Below, in pieces: positions 26,443 to 34,402 of a stretch of 48,042 nt of DNA. The DNA lies in NCBI GenBank assembly GCA_031263025.1, contig JAISGO010000036.1, positions 1 through 48,042 of the forward strand. The letters run 5' to 3'. Position 1 is the first letter of the stretch; every line of letters begins with the position of its first letter. The translations under genes were made by a program, and so were the position numbers. Source of the DNA: Coriobacteriales bacterium. Its GTDB lineage: Bacteria; Actinomycetota; Coriobacteriia; Coriobacteriales; UBA8131. The notes beneath the pieces are model-generated. The model saw only the letters and a list, made by a program, of their open reading frames with translations, had not been told where the DNA came from and did not search any database.

Positions 26443-26481
26443 AAAAAAACGACCGGGAAAGGTATGCCGCCTTTCCCGGTC
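26443..26481 (-). terminator. Rho-independent terminator of the aldolase gene
   Basis: GACCGGGAAAGG/CCTTTCCCGGTC stem with an A7 run on + (U-tract on -). Confidence 0.8.
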
Positions 26482-26508
26482 ATCGATATAGGCTTGTCTA
26501 AGCGCTGT

Positions 26509-27447
26509 CTAAAGACTGAAGTCCCGCTCTCCGGAAAAGACCGCGAGGGCGTCTTCGACTGGATAGTCGGCTAGGGTGATCGCGCTGATCGCTTTGGTCA
26601 GGCGGGTAGCTTCATCGAGCGAACGCATGTGGATATTGCGCCCGGTGGCGTTGCCGTCGGCGCCGCCGATGTGGATCTGGTCGTAGAGGTTACTCAAGAA
26701 CTCCTTGGGGTCAGCCTTAGAACCCCCAGCGCAGACTAGGCCGGTATGCCCGGCTGCCTCGCTGGCGATCGCGAGGAGCTCGGCTGAGGTCTTACCGCCG
26801 GCCGCGCTGGGGGGGTTGACCTTGACGAAATCAGCGCCCAGGCAAAGCGCCACACCGGCCGCGCCGGCGATCAACTGGGCGTCTTTCTCGTCTTCGACCG
26901 CCTTGCCGCGGGGATACATCCAGAGCACGACAATCAGGCCGTTGGCGTGGGCCTCAGCGATGAGTTCGCCGGCCTCGCTTAACATAGTCGATTCATACTC
27001 GGATCCGAGATAGACGGTGTAGCCGATGCCGACCACGTTGACCCCGTTCTCACGCATAGCCAAAACGCTGTCAAGCGAGTAGAGCTGGGGTGAATATGGA
27101 TCATCTTGTTTGGTCTTGACCAGGTTGGTTTTCGAATTCATCTTGACCAGGTAGTTGATCTCGGGGTAGTCGGCAGCGTAGCGTGCGATCAGGCCTTTTT
27201 GTCCAGCCAGTACACCGCAGATACCTTGGTCGGCGATCTTGAAGAGGTGTTCGGGGTCGTTGTCGGAGGGATCGATGCCCTCACCATAGAAGTCCTTGTT
27301 CAGGTGCTCCATCTTCTGGTCGCAGGCGTAAAGCATCAAGCGTCCGCTTGCACGCGTGGCCTTAAGGTAGTTCTCCACATAGAGGTCGCGCGCGTCATCC
27401 AGCACGTCGACGGGGATTTTCACATCTTGGGCAGTGATCTTTGGCAT
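26509..27447 (-). CDS. Class I fructose-bisphosphate aldolase (DhnA/FbaB-type)
   Basis: YACDQKMEH, VKMNSKTNL, GYTVYLGSEYE, VLWMYPRG, LGADFVKVN Schiff-base Lys, GNATGRNIH. Confidence 0.88.
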   Translation of the reverse strand: MPKITAQDVKIPVDVLDDARDLYVENYLKATRASGRLMLYACDQKMEHLNKDFYGEGIDPSDNDPEHLFKIADQGICGVLAGQKGLIARYAADYPEINYLVKMNSKTNLVKTKQDDPYSPQLYSLDSVLAMRENGVNVVGIGYTVYLGSEYESTMLSEAGELIAEAHANGLIVVLWMYPRGKAVEDEKDAQLIAGAAGVALCLGADFVKVNPPSAAGGKTSAELLAIASEAAGHTGLVCAGGSKADPKEFLSNLYDQIHIGGADGNATGRNIHMRSLDEATRLTKAISAITLADYPVEDALAVFSGERDFSL

Positions 27448-27528
27448 ACTTGGCCTCCTAATTGTTCCAGCCTATGATAGCAGATTCCAAACTCTCCACT
27501 GGGGCCTTCTGATACGGTTTTAAACACG

Positions 27529-27554
27529 AAAAAAGGGCAGACCAAGTCTGCCCT
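27529..27554 (-). terminator. Terminator after rpmA
   Basis: AGGGCAGAC/GTCTGCCCT stem with an A-run on +. Confidence 0.75.
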
Positions 27555-27579
27555 CAGCACCTATGGCTGTTTTCCCTGT

Positions 27580-27828
27580 TTAGTCGCTAACGACTTGTAC
27601 CTTATGCTGGCGCCCGTGGGTGAATTTAAGGGTACCCTCGGCAGTCGCGAACAAGGTGTCATCCTTGGCCCGTGCCACGCCCAAGCCGGGGTGGATCTTA
27701 GTGCCGCGCTGGCGTACGATGATATTACCGGGGATCACGTGTTGGCCGGCGAACATCTTGTAACCCAAGCGCTGAGCCTGGGAATCGCGGCCGTTGCGGG
27801 ATGAGCCTAAACCTTTCTTGTGTGCCAT
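27580..27828 (-). CDS. rpmA: 50S ribosomal protein L27
   Basis: [16 protein letters not shown]...[18 protein letters not shown]. Confidence 0.99.
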   Translation of the reverse strand: MAHKKGLGSSRNGRDSQAQRLGYKMFAGQHVIPGNIIVRQRGTKIHPGLGVARAKDDTLFATAEGTLKFTHGRQHKVQVVSD

Positions 27829-28379
27829 TATTTGTCACCGTCCTTCTTCTCAGCGGCCTTCTTGGCCGGACTTGTCGCCGCTTTGTCGGCGGTTTTTTTA
27901 GTTGTAGCAGCCTTACTGGTGCTCTTGCTTGTCGTGCTCGCTGAGGTCTTAGTAGCTGGCTTCTTTTCGGCTGTTTTCTTGTCAGGGCTTGTCTGTGTTT
28001 TGGCGGCCGGCTTCTTGGCAGCGGCAGTCGGCTTGGGGGTCGCTTTCTTAGTAGCTGAACGTTTGCCGTCGGCGGTAATCTCGACCACTTCGAGCTTGGT
28101 CAGCTGTTGGCGATGGCCCTTAGTGCGACGGTAGTTCTTGCGCTTCTTGAACTTGAAGACGATTTGTTTCTCGCCCTTGTACTGATCCTCTACCTCGGCG
28201 TAGACCTTGGCGTTCTTCAGTTTGGCCGGATCGGCTTCAACCTTGCCCTTGTCGTCGACTAATAAGGCGACCGGCAGAGCCACCTCATCGCCGATGGCCG
28301 CGTCCAGTTTCTCCGTGGAGAAGCTGTCGCCCTCGGACACCTTGTACTGTTTGCCGCCCGTCAAAACGATTGCGTACAT
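27828..28379 (-). CDS. rplU: 50S ribosomal protein L21 with Lys/Ala/Thr-rich tail
   Basis: [14 protein letters not shown]...[20 protein letters not shown]. Confidence 0.98.
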   Translation of the reverse strand: MYAIVLTGGKQYKVSEGDSFSTEKLDAAIGDEVALPVALLVDDKGKVEADPAKLKNAKVYAEVEDQYKGEKQIVFKFKKRKNYRRTKGHRQQLTKLEVVEITADGKRSATKKATPKPTAAAKKPAAKTQTSPDKKTAEKKPATKTSASTTSKSTSKAATTKKTADKAATSPAKKAAEKKDGDK

Positions 28380-28582
28380 CTGCTACCTTCTCATAAACTA
28401 GTGGAATAAACGCGAACAGTCATTATACACAATATCCCGACGCGGCCCTGACGGCAGCAGGGGCCCCAAGGGGGCCGCTTCGGCCGGAAAGCTGAAAAGT
28501 TCTCCAAAATCCTGCTTTTACACTATAATAAGTTTTCATAACATAAAAGAACGGTCACAAAGGAACTTCAAAAGGGTAGCGC

Positions 28583-28990
28583 ATGGCTAAAGGACAGAAC
28601 ATCGAATTTCTCAAGATCTCCAAGCGCACCTCGGCGGCTTCTATCGCTGGGGCAGTGGCCGGCATGGTCAAGGACGGCAAGCCCACCAAACTCCAATGCA
28701 TCGGTGCCGGTGCCGTCAACCAGGCGATCAAAGGTGCCACCATCGCCCGTTCCTTTCTGATCGCCGATGGCGTGGACATCGCCTTGGTTCCCAGTTTTGT
28801 CACCCTTTCGGGTGAAGGTGACGAAGAATGTACGGCGATTCGCCTCCAGGTGGTCAAGGTCGACCACGACTACGTTAAGTCCAAAGTCAGCTCAACCGGG
28901 GACTATCTGCCGCCCGACCATCAAGACACCGCTCAATCCAGTTCCGAACAGCCCAGCTCACATCCCCGCCATCACGCCATCCATGCTTGA
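28583..28990 (+). CDS. spoVS: SpoVS-family nucleic-acid-binding protein
   Basis: LKISKRT...SIAGAVAGMV...LQCIGAGAVNQAIK..TIARSFL...IALVPSF...TAIRL. Confidence 0.9.
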   Translation: MAKGQNIEFLKISKRTSAASIAGAVAGMVKDGKPTKLQCIGAGAVNQAIKGATIARSFLIADGVDIALVPSFVTLSGEGDEECTAIRLQVVKVDHDYVKSKVSSTGDYLPPDHQDTAQSSSEQPSSHPRHHAIHA

Positions 28991-30284
28991 TCCGCTCCCG
29001 CTCGAGCTGCGCCTGCCCCTCTCGCAGCGCTCTGCCCGCAGCTATTGGCTGGTGACTTTCGGTTGTCAGATGAACAAAGCCGATAGTGAGCAGATCGCCA
29101 CCCTCCTGGAAGCACGTGGGCTAGTCATGGCAGCCAGCCTTGACCTTGCCGACTTGGTCGTTTTCATGACTTGTTGTGTGCGCGAGCGAGCCGACGAGCG
29201 CCTCTTCGGCCAGGTTGCCTCACTAGGCCGGAGCGACCAGATCATCTGCGTCGGTGGCTGCATCGGCGAGCGCGACGGCGAGGCTCTGAAAGCCGAATTG
29301 CCCAACCTTTCCTATGTCTTCGGTACCGCGGCCTTGGGCCAAGGCTATGACAGCAGCGCGGTACGCCGTGAACATCCTTGGGCGGCCTGGCTGCCGATCA
29401 TCACCGGCTGCGACAATTTTTGCAGCTACTGCATCGTGCCCTATGTGCGTGGCCGCGAACGTTCTAAACCTTTCGCGGAAGTGCTGGAAGAGGTTGAGCG
29501 CTTGCGGGCAGACGGCGTCCAGGAGCTCACCTTGCTCGGTCAGAATGTCAATTCCTATGGCCGCGACCTCTATGGCCAGCCTCGCTTCGCCGAGCTTTTG
29601 CGGGCGGTGGCGGCCAGTGGCGTGCCTCGGATCCGTTTTACCACCTCACATCCCAAGGACCTGAGCGAAGCTACCATCGCGGCTTTCGCTGAGCTGGATA
29701 ATGTGATGCCAGCCTTGCACCTAGCGGTGCAAAGCGGTTCTGACCGGGTGCTCGCGGCGATGGGGCGCCACTACACTCGTCAGCACTACCTTGATTTGGT
29801 CAGACGGTTGCAGGCGGCTTGCCAGGATAGTGGCAAGGGCCGGATCGCCCTCTCGACCGACATCATCGTGGGTTTTCCCGGTGAGAGCGAGGAGGATTTC
29901 GAGGCCACCATGGAGCTGGTCGAGGCGGTTGGCTACAGCCAGGTCTTCACTTTCATCTATTCACGCCGTCCCGGCACGAAGGCGGCCGAACTCAGCGACG
30001 ACACGCCGCACCAGCAGATCCAAGCGCGCTTCAACCGCTTGCTTGCCTTGGTGCAGGAGCAGGCCTATGCCGCCAATCAGGCCGAATTCGACCAAATCCT
30101 GCCGGTGCTCTTCGAAGGCGCCTCAAAGCGTGATCCTCAGATGCTTTCCGGCAGATCCCCGAGAAACCAGACCGTGCATGCGCCCCTGCCGACTGGCGCC
30201 GCTCCAGCTGACTTCGCTGGCAAGATAGCCCTGGTGCAGATTAGCGAAGCCAAGACCTGGTATCTGAAAGGCCGCCTGGTCTAA
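28983..30284 (+). CDS. miaB: tRNA i6A37 methylthiotransferase MiaB
   Basis: [58 protein letters not shown]-terminal TRAM; ATG 28983 overlaps the spoVS end. Confidence 0.95.
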   Translation: MLDPLPLELRLPLSQRSARSYWLVTFGCQMNKADSEQIATLLEARGLVMAASLDLADLVVFMTCCVRERADERLFGQVASLGRSDQIICVGGCIGERDGEALKAELPNLSYVFGTAALGQGYDSSAVRREHPWAAWLPIITGCDNFCSYCIVPYVRGRERSKPFAEVLEEVERLRADGVQELTLLGQNVNSYGRDLYGQPRFAELLRAVAASGVPRIRFTTSHPKDLSEATIAAFAELDNVMPALHLAVQSGSDRVLAAMGRHYTRQHYLDLVRRLQAACQDSGKGRIALSTDIIVGFPGESEEDFEATMELVEAVGYSQVFTFIYSRRPGTKAAELSDDTPHQQIQARFNRLLALVQEQAYAANQAEFDQILPVLFEGASKRDPQMLSGRSPRNQTVHAPLPTGAAPADFAGKIALVQISEAKTWYLKGRLV

Positions 30285-31057
30285 AAGTCCAGCCGGGTCG
30301 CGATCCCGCAGGCAGCCAGGTGTTCTTTGACTTGGCGAATCGAGAGCTCTCCGAAGTGGAAGAGCGAGGCGGCCAGGACCGCGTCGGCGTGCCCCTCTTT
30401 GATTGCTTCCGAGAAGTCCGTCAAGCGTCCTGCGCCGCCGGAGGCGATTACAGGGATGTCGATCGCGTCGGCGACCGCCCGGGTCAAGACGAGGTCGAAG
30501 CCGGCTTTCGTGCCGTCGGCATCCATCGAAGTCAGTAGGATCTCCCCAGCTCCAGCAGATGCTGCCTGGCGGGCCCAGGCTACGGCGTCAAGTCCGGTGT
30601 CCTCACGGCCGCCGTGGACGAAAACCGTCCAACGAGGCTCACTGTCCTGCCCGGTCACCCTTTTAGCATCGATCGCGCAGATCACCGCCTGGCTGCCGAA
30701 AGCCCTTGCTGCCGCGCTGATCAGGTCGGGGTCGGCGACGGCGGCGGAGTTGAGCGACAATTTATCGGCGCCGGTTGTGATCATCTCTTGCATGTCCTTG
30801 AGATCATGGAAGCCGCCGCCCACTGTGAAGGGGATATCCAGTTCACGGGCTGCCCGCCCGGCGAGTTCGATGGTGGTGCGCCGGCGCTCGGCCGAGGCAG
30901 TGATATCGAGGAAAACGACCTCGTCTGCGCCAGCCGCCGAATAGGCGGCGGCGAGTTCGATCGGGTCGCCGGCGTCACGCAGGGAGACGAAGTTGACCCC
31001 TTTGACCACGCGGCCGTCTTTTACGTCGAGGCAAGGTATGACTCTTTTGGTGAGCAT
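30281..31057 (-). CDS. hisF: Imidazole glycerol phosphate synthase cyclase subunit
   Basis: [61 protein letters not shown]. Confidence 0.98.
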   Translation of the reverse strand: MLTKRVIPCLDVKDGRVVKGVNFVSLRDAGDPIELAAAYSAAGADEVVFLDITASAERRRTTIELAGRAARELDIPFTVGGGFHDLKDMQEMITTGADKLSLNSAAVADPDLISAAARAFGSQAVICAIDAKRVTGQDSEPRWTVFVHGGREDTGLDAVAWARQAASAGAGEILLTSMDADGTKAGFDLVLTRAVADAIDIPVIASGGAGRLTDFSEAIKEGHADAVLAASLFHFGELSIRQVKEHLAACGIATRLDF

Positions 31058-31147
31058 CGCTTTCTATGATAGCGGGTGTCTGGCCGGGTTTTGGCGAAGG
31101 AGCAAAAGAGACTCAGGTCTGTGTGCCCTGGGCTTGATCAGGCACAG

Positions 31148-31188
31148 GATAAGGAAAGGGCAGCCTGAGCGGCTGCCCTTTCCTTATC
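31148..31188 (-). terminator. Stem-loop downstream of the AAA+-like gene
   Basis: GATAAGGAAAGGGCAGCC/GGCTGCCCTTTCCTTATC 18-bp stem. Confidence 0.7.
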
Positions 31189-31206
31189 GAATCCGAGTTT
31201 TGATCT

Positions 31207-32727
31207 TTAGATTAAGTGGTCAAGCGAGTCGGCCAAGCGCCGTTCTAAATAACGCTCGTTTTGGCGGTAGGTGGCACTATCCGACCTGATGTACTCTAAG
31301 CAGTGTACGAGGATATCCTCAAGGTTCAACATCTGATAATGTTTGCTGCTCAAGCTGTTCTGATAAGCCTCATCAGAGGCGCTCTGGCAAGCCTTGAGCA
31401 GATCCCGCCGACCGATGCCACGGGTCATGAAAGCGAGCTTGGCGATGTCAACCTGCTTGAAAGCCGGATGATGCTCAGCGAAGCTGTGCAGCAGGAAGCG
31501 CCGGCAGGCCAGGTCGGGATCGGCCACCTCGATCAGTTGATAGTCGCCGATTGCGTCGGTCAACAATTCGCCTACCGCTGAGGCGTCGGTGGCGGTCGCA
31601 ATGATGAAAAGGTCAGATTGGGATTTCAACATCTTGATACGGAGCAGGATGTCGTCGCGCATCGCATCGAGGTCTTCCGGGTCAACTGTCTTCTTGGAGC
31701 CGAAAGGGGAAAGCCCCTCTTGTGGGTCGTCATCGGGCATGCTTAGGTCGCCGTCGAAGAGGCGCTGCATCAAGTCGACGTTCTGCAATACCAGCAAGGC
31801 TGGGGAGGGTATCTGGTTGGAGGGAAAGACGCCGAAAGGAGTCTTCACGGTCGGCCCCCACTCTTTGATGGTGCCTAATCCTTGTTCGTCTAACTCTGCC
31901 CCGATTTGGAACGTCGGCCAGTCGATCTCGCCACAGGTCGCCCAGGCGAAGCTGTTCAGGTCATCGCGGCAATTGCCTCTGAAGAAGAAAGGCTTGGTCA
32001 GCACCGGCCCGTTGGCTCCGTGGTAGCTTTCGGTCTGCTTGAGGAAATCCGCGAAGCGTTGGCTACCGGCATGGGCGAAGCCGAAACGCTGCATCTCGGC
32101 CAAGGGCTGGTCGAAGCCCTGGAGGTCAAGGTAGTTGAAACGATGGTGACGGGATTCTTGGTGGCGCTTGTGTTTGGGCTTGGTTTTGCTCGGTAGCGGC
32201 AGTTTGACCTCATAGGCCTGGATACGCGTGCCGTCTTGGCGGGTGATCTGGCCGCGCAGGATCGGGCCCTCCGCGTCCGTCTCTTCTGTGTGCGCGTTAT
32301 CGTCGTGGTCGGTATCGTTCAGACCGAGGTCGCACAGACGTTCCCAGACCTCGTCCGGCAGTTCTTCTTTCAAGGCCTCGGTTAACTCATCGAGTTGGTC
32401 AGTGTCTACACCCTGCTCTTTGAGCTGGTCAATCGCCATTTTGCGCAGGTCGGAGACCTGCTTCTCGATCTCTTCCGGGGAAGAGAAAGGCTCAAGGTCG
32501 TCGAAGATGGTCTCGGCGGTCGAGCGGTCGCTGTGCTTGCAGGCCAAAAGCCAGGCTGTGTGCAGGCCGTCGATCACCCGTTTGGAGGGCACCGGCTGGG
32601 CCTGTTCAGCCAAATCGAAAGCCGCCAAGTAAAGGTGTACCGCAAGGCTGTCCTGTCCGGCCTTGACGGCTTCGTCGGCGTGATCCAGGTAGTTGGCAAG
32701 TTTTATCAGATTATTGTCAAAAGCCAT
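31207..32727 (-). CDS. Hypothetical protein: helical N-domain, acidic linker, degenerate AAA+ ATPase-like C-domain
   Basis: FNYLDLQGF; PFFFRGNCRDD (Walker A position); PALLVLQNVD (Walker B position); LFIIATAT; IEVADPDLACRR; VDIAKLAFMTRGIGRRDL lid. Confidence 0.6.
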   Translation of the reverse strand: MAFDNNLIKLANYLDHADEAVKAGQDSLAVHLYLAAFDLAEQAQPVPSKRVIDGLHTAWLLACKHSDRSTAETIFDDLEPFSSPEEIEKQVSDLRKMAIDQLKEQGVDTDQLDELTEALKEELPDEVWERLCDLGLNDTDHDDNAHTEETDAEGPILRGQITRQDGTRIQAYEVKLPLPSKTKPKHKRHQESRHHRFNYLDLQGFDQPLAEMQRFGFAHAGSQRFADFLKQTESYHGANGPVLTKPFFFRGNCRDDLNSFAWATCGEIDWPTFQIGAELDEQGLGTIKEWGPTVKTPFGVFPSNQIPSPALLVLQNVDLMQRLFDGDLSMPDDDPQEGLSPFGSKKTVDPEDLDAMRDDILLRIKMLKSQSDLFIIATATDASAVGELLTDAIGDYQLIEVADPDLACRRFLLHSFAEHHPAFKQVDIAKLAFMTRGIGRRDLLKACQSASDEAYQNSLSSKHYQMLNLEDILVHCLEYIRSDSATYRQNERYLERRLADSLDHLI

Positions 32728-32835
32728 GGCAGAGCCCCCAATAATTATAAAATAATGCTTCCATTATAGACCAATCGAGCAGCGTGGGCACAAGCGTTAC
32801 CAAGCGGACAACAAGGCCCTGCCAAAGGCCTAAAA

Positions 32836-34104
32836 TCAGCCGATGCGCCGGACTTTCGCGCCGAGGCCGGTGAGCTTCGCGCAGAGGTCTTGATAGCCCC
32901 GGTCGATATGGTGGACGTTGCTGACTATGGTGTCACCCTCGGCGACCAAGCCGGCTAGCACCAAAGCCGCGCCGCCGCGTAAATCAGGTGCCTGCACTGG
33001 GGCGCCGGAAAGCGCCGTTACGCCCTTGATGGAAGCGATATTGCCATAGGTCGAGACCCGTGCGCCCATCCGGTTGAGCTCATCGGCAAGCATGAAACGG
33101 TTTTCGAAGATGGTCTCCTCGATCCGGCTTTCTCCGTCAGCAAGGCTGCAGAGCACCATGAAAAAGGACTGTGCGTCTGTGGGAAAGCCGGGATAGGGGA
33201 GGGTCTGTAGGGTGGTCGCAGCAAGCCTACCGCGTCTGGCCACGGTGATGCTGCGCTCGCCACAGACGATCTGCACCCCCATCCGACTGAGCTTTTGCAG
33301 GGGGTTGCGCAGATGGTCTGGATCCACTCCGGTGACCGTGACCGGACCACCGCAGAGGGCGCCAGCTGCTATGTAAGTGCAGGCTTCGATGCGGTCGCCG
33401 ACCACTTCGTAGTCCTTAACCGGATGCAAACGGGCGCCGCCGGTGATCTTTAGGGTGCCAGGCAGGCTGGCATCGATCGGGGCGCCCATCCTTTGCAGGA
33501 AGTGCACAAGGTCGCCGATCTCCGGTTCGCGCGCGCAGTTCTCCAGGGTGGTCACGCCGTCCGCACAAGTCGCCGCCATCAGGAGGTTCTCGGTCGCGCC
33601 TACGCTCGGGCCGGGTAGGCGGATGTGGGCCGCGCCCAGGCCGTTTGCCGGGGCGCTGGCGTCCATGTAACCGTGTTCGAGCTCGAAGCGCGCCCCCATC
33701 GCCTCCAGGCCGCGGATATGCATGTCAAGTTTGCGGCTGCCGATTTGACAGCCGCCCGGCATTGCCACCTTGGCTCGCCCGGTACGTGCCAAAAGCGGGC
33801 CGAGCACGGCGGTCGAGGCGCGCATCTGCGAAACCAGCTCATAGGGTGCCTCAAAGCCGGTGAGGGCGCTACTGTCGATCTCGAGGCGTCCGCGGTCGTG
33901 CTTGACCTGTGCGCCCAAGCCGCGTAGCAGGTCGGCCATCACCTTGGTGTCGGCGATCTGGGGGACGTTGTGGAGGCTATGTTGGCCCGGGCAGAGCAGG
34001 CAAGCGGCCATCAATTTCAAAGCGGAGTTCTTGGCGCCTTCGACCTTGACTGCGCCGCTTAGGCTGCGACCGCCGTGGATGATAATCGTGGGTTCAGTTC
34101 GCAT
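32836..34104 (-). CDS. murA: UDP-N-acetylglucosamine 1-carboxyvinyltransferase
   Basis: [21 protein letters not shown] (Cys present), [29 protein letters not shown]. Confidence 0.98.
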   Translation of the reverse strand: MRTEPTIIIHGGRSLSGAVKVEGAKNSALKLMAACLLCPGQHSLHNVPQIADTKVMADLLRGLGAQVKHDRGRLEIDSSALTGFEAPYELVSQMRASTAVLGPLLARTGRAKVAMPGGCQIGSRKLDMHIRGLEAMGARFELEHGYMDASAPANGLGAAHIRLPGPSVGATENLLMAATCADGVTTLENCAREPEIGDLVHFLQRMGAPIDASLPGTLKITGGARLHPVKDYEVVGDRIEACTYIAAGALCGGPVTVTGVDPDHLRNPLQKLSRMGVQIVCGERSITVARRGRLAATTLQTLPYPGFPTDAQSFFMVLCSLADGESRIEETIFENRFMLADELNRMGARVSTYGNIASIKGVTALSGAPVQAPDLRGGAALVLAGLVAEGDTIVSNVHHIDRGYQDLCAKLTGLGAKVRRIG

Positions 34105-34151
34105 AACTTAGATTATAGCGGGTGGCGCCCGGCTGTCGCCTAAAACTGAAA

Positions 34152-34301
34152 ACGATGCTGCATAGGACAAATAGACAAACAAAAGCTTGGAGTCGATTCT
34201 TCAGATATCCCGAGTAGAAATCGCTTTGACTGACAGCGCAGTTACCTTAAGGGTAATAAGCTGACAGGCAGAGCGATTTATGCCGGGATAGTTGAAGAAT
34301 C
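34152..34301 (+). repeat. Long-hairpin element: subtype-A 3' remnant (34152-34184) plus full diverged copy (34195-34301) abutting the tRNA-Thr CCA end
   Basis: gattcttcaGATATcccg...aaatcgctttg...GCAGTTACCTTAAGGGTAATAAG...cagagcgattt...cgggATAGttgaagaatc; remnant gatgctgcataggacaaATAGACAAACA. Confidence 0.82.
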
Positions 34302-34377
34302 TGGAGCCAGCGAAGGGACTCGAACCCATGACCGCCTGATTACAAATCAGATGCTCTACCAACTGAGCTACGCTGGC
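34302..34377 (-). tRNA. tRNA-Thr(TGT)
   Basis: Reverse complement GCCAGCGTAGCTCAGTTGGTAGAGCATCTGATTTGTAATCAGGCGGTCATGGGTTCGAGTCCCTTCGCTGGCTCCA. Confidence 0.97.
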
Positions 34378-34387
34378 CCATTGATAC

Positions 34388-34395
34388 ATTATAAT
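34388..34395. promoter_or_regulatory. Overlapping divergent -10 hexamers (ATTATAAT) serving tRNA-Thr and pheT
   Basis: TATAAT on + at 34390-34395 (7 nt before the pheT ATG) and on - at 34393-34388 (10 nt before the tRNA 5' end). Confidence 0.65.
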
Positions 34396-34402
34396 TTATC
34401 TC

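Noticed and set aside
28767-28982. 72-aa N-terminal extension of MiaB in the ORF track
   Set aside because: It overlaps spoVS in another frame; ATG 28983 gives a normal-length MiaB.
34141-34377. Prophage/ICE integrated at tRNA-Thr(TGT) or other tRNAs
   Set aside because: No duplicated tRNA 3' end (att site) and no integrase; the neighbours are core genes.
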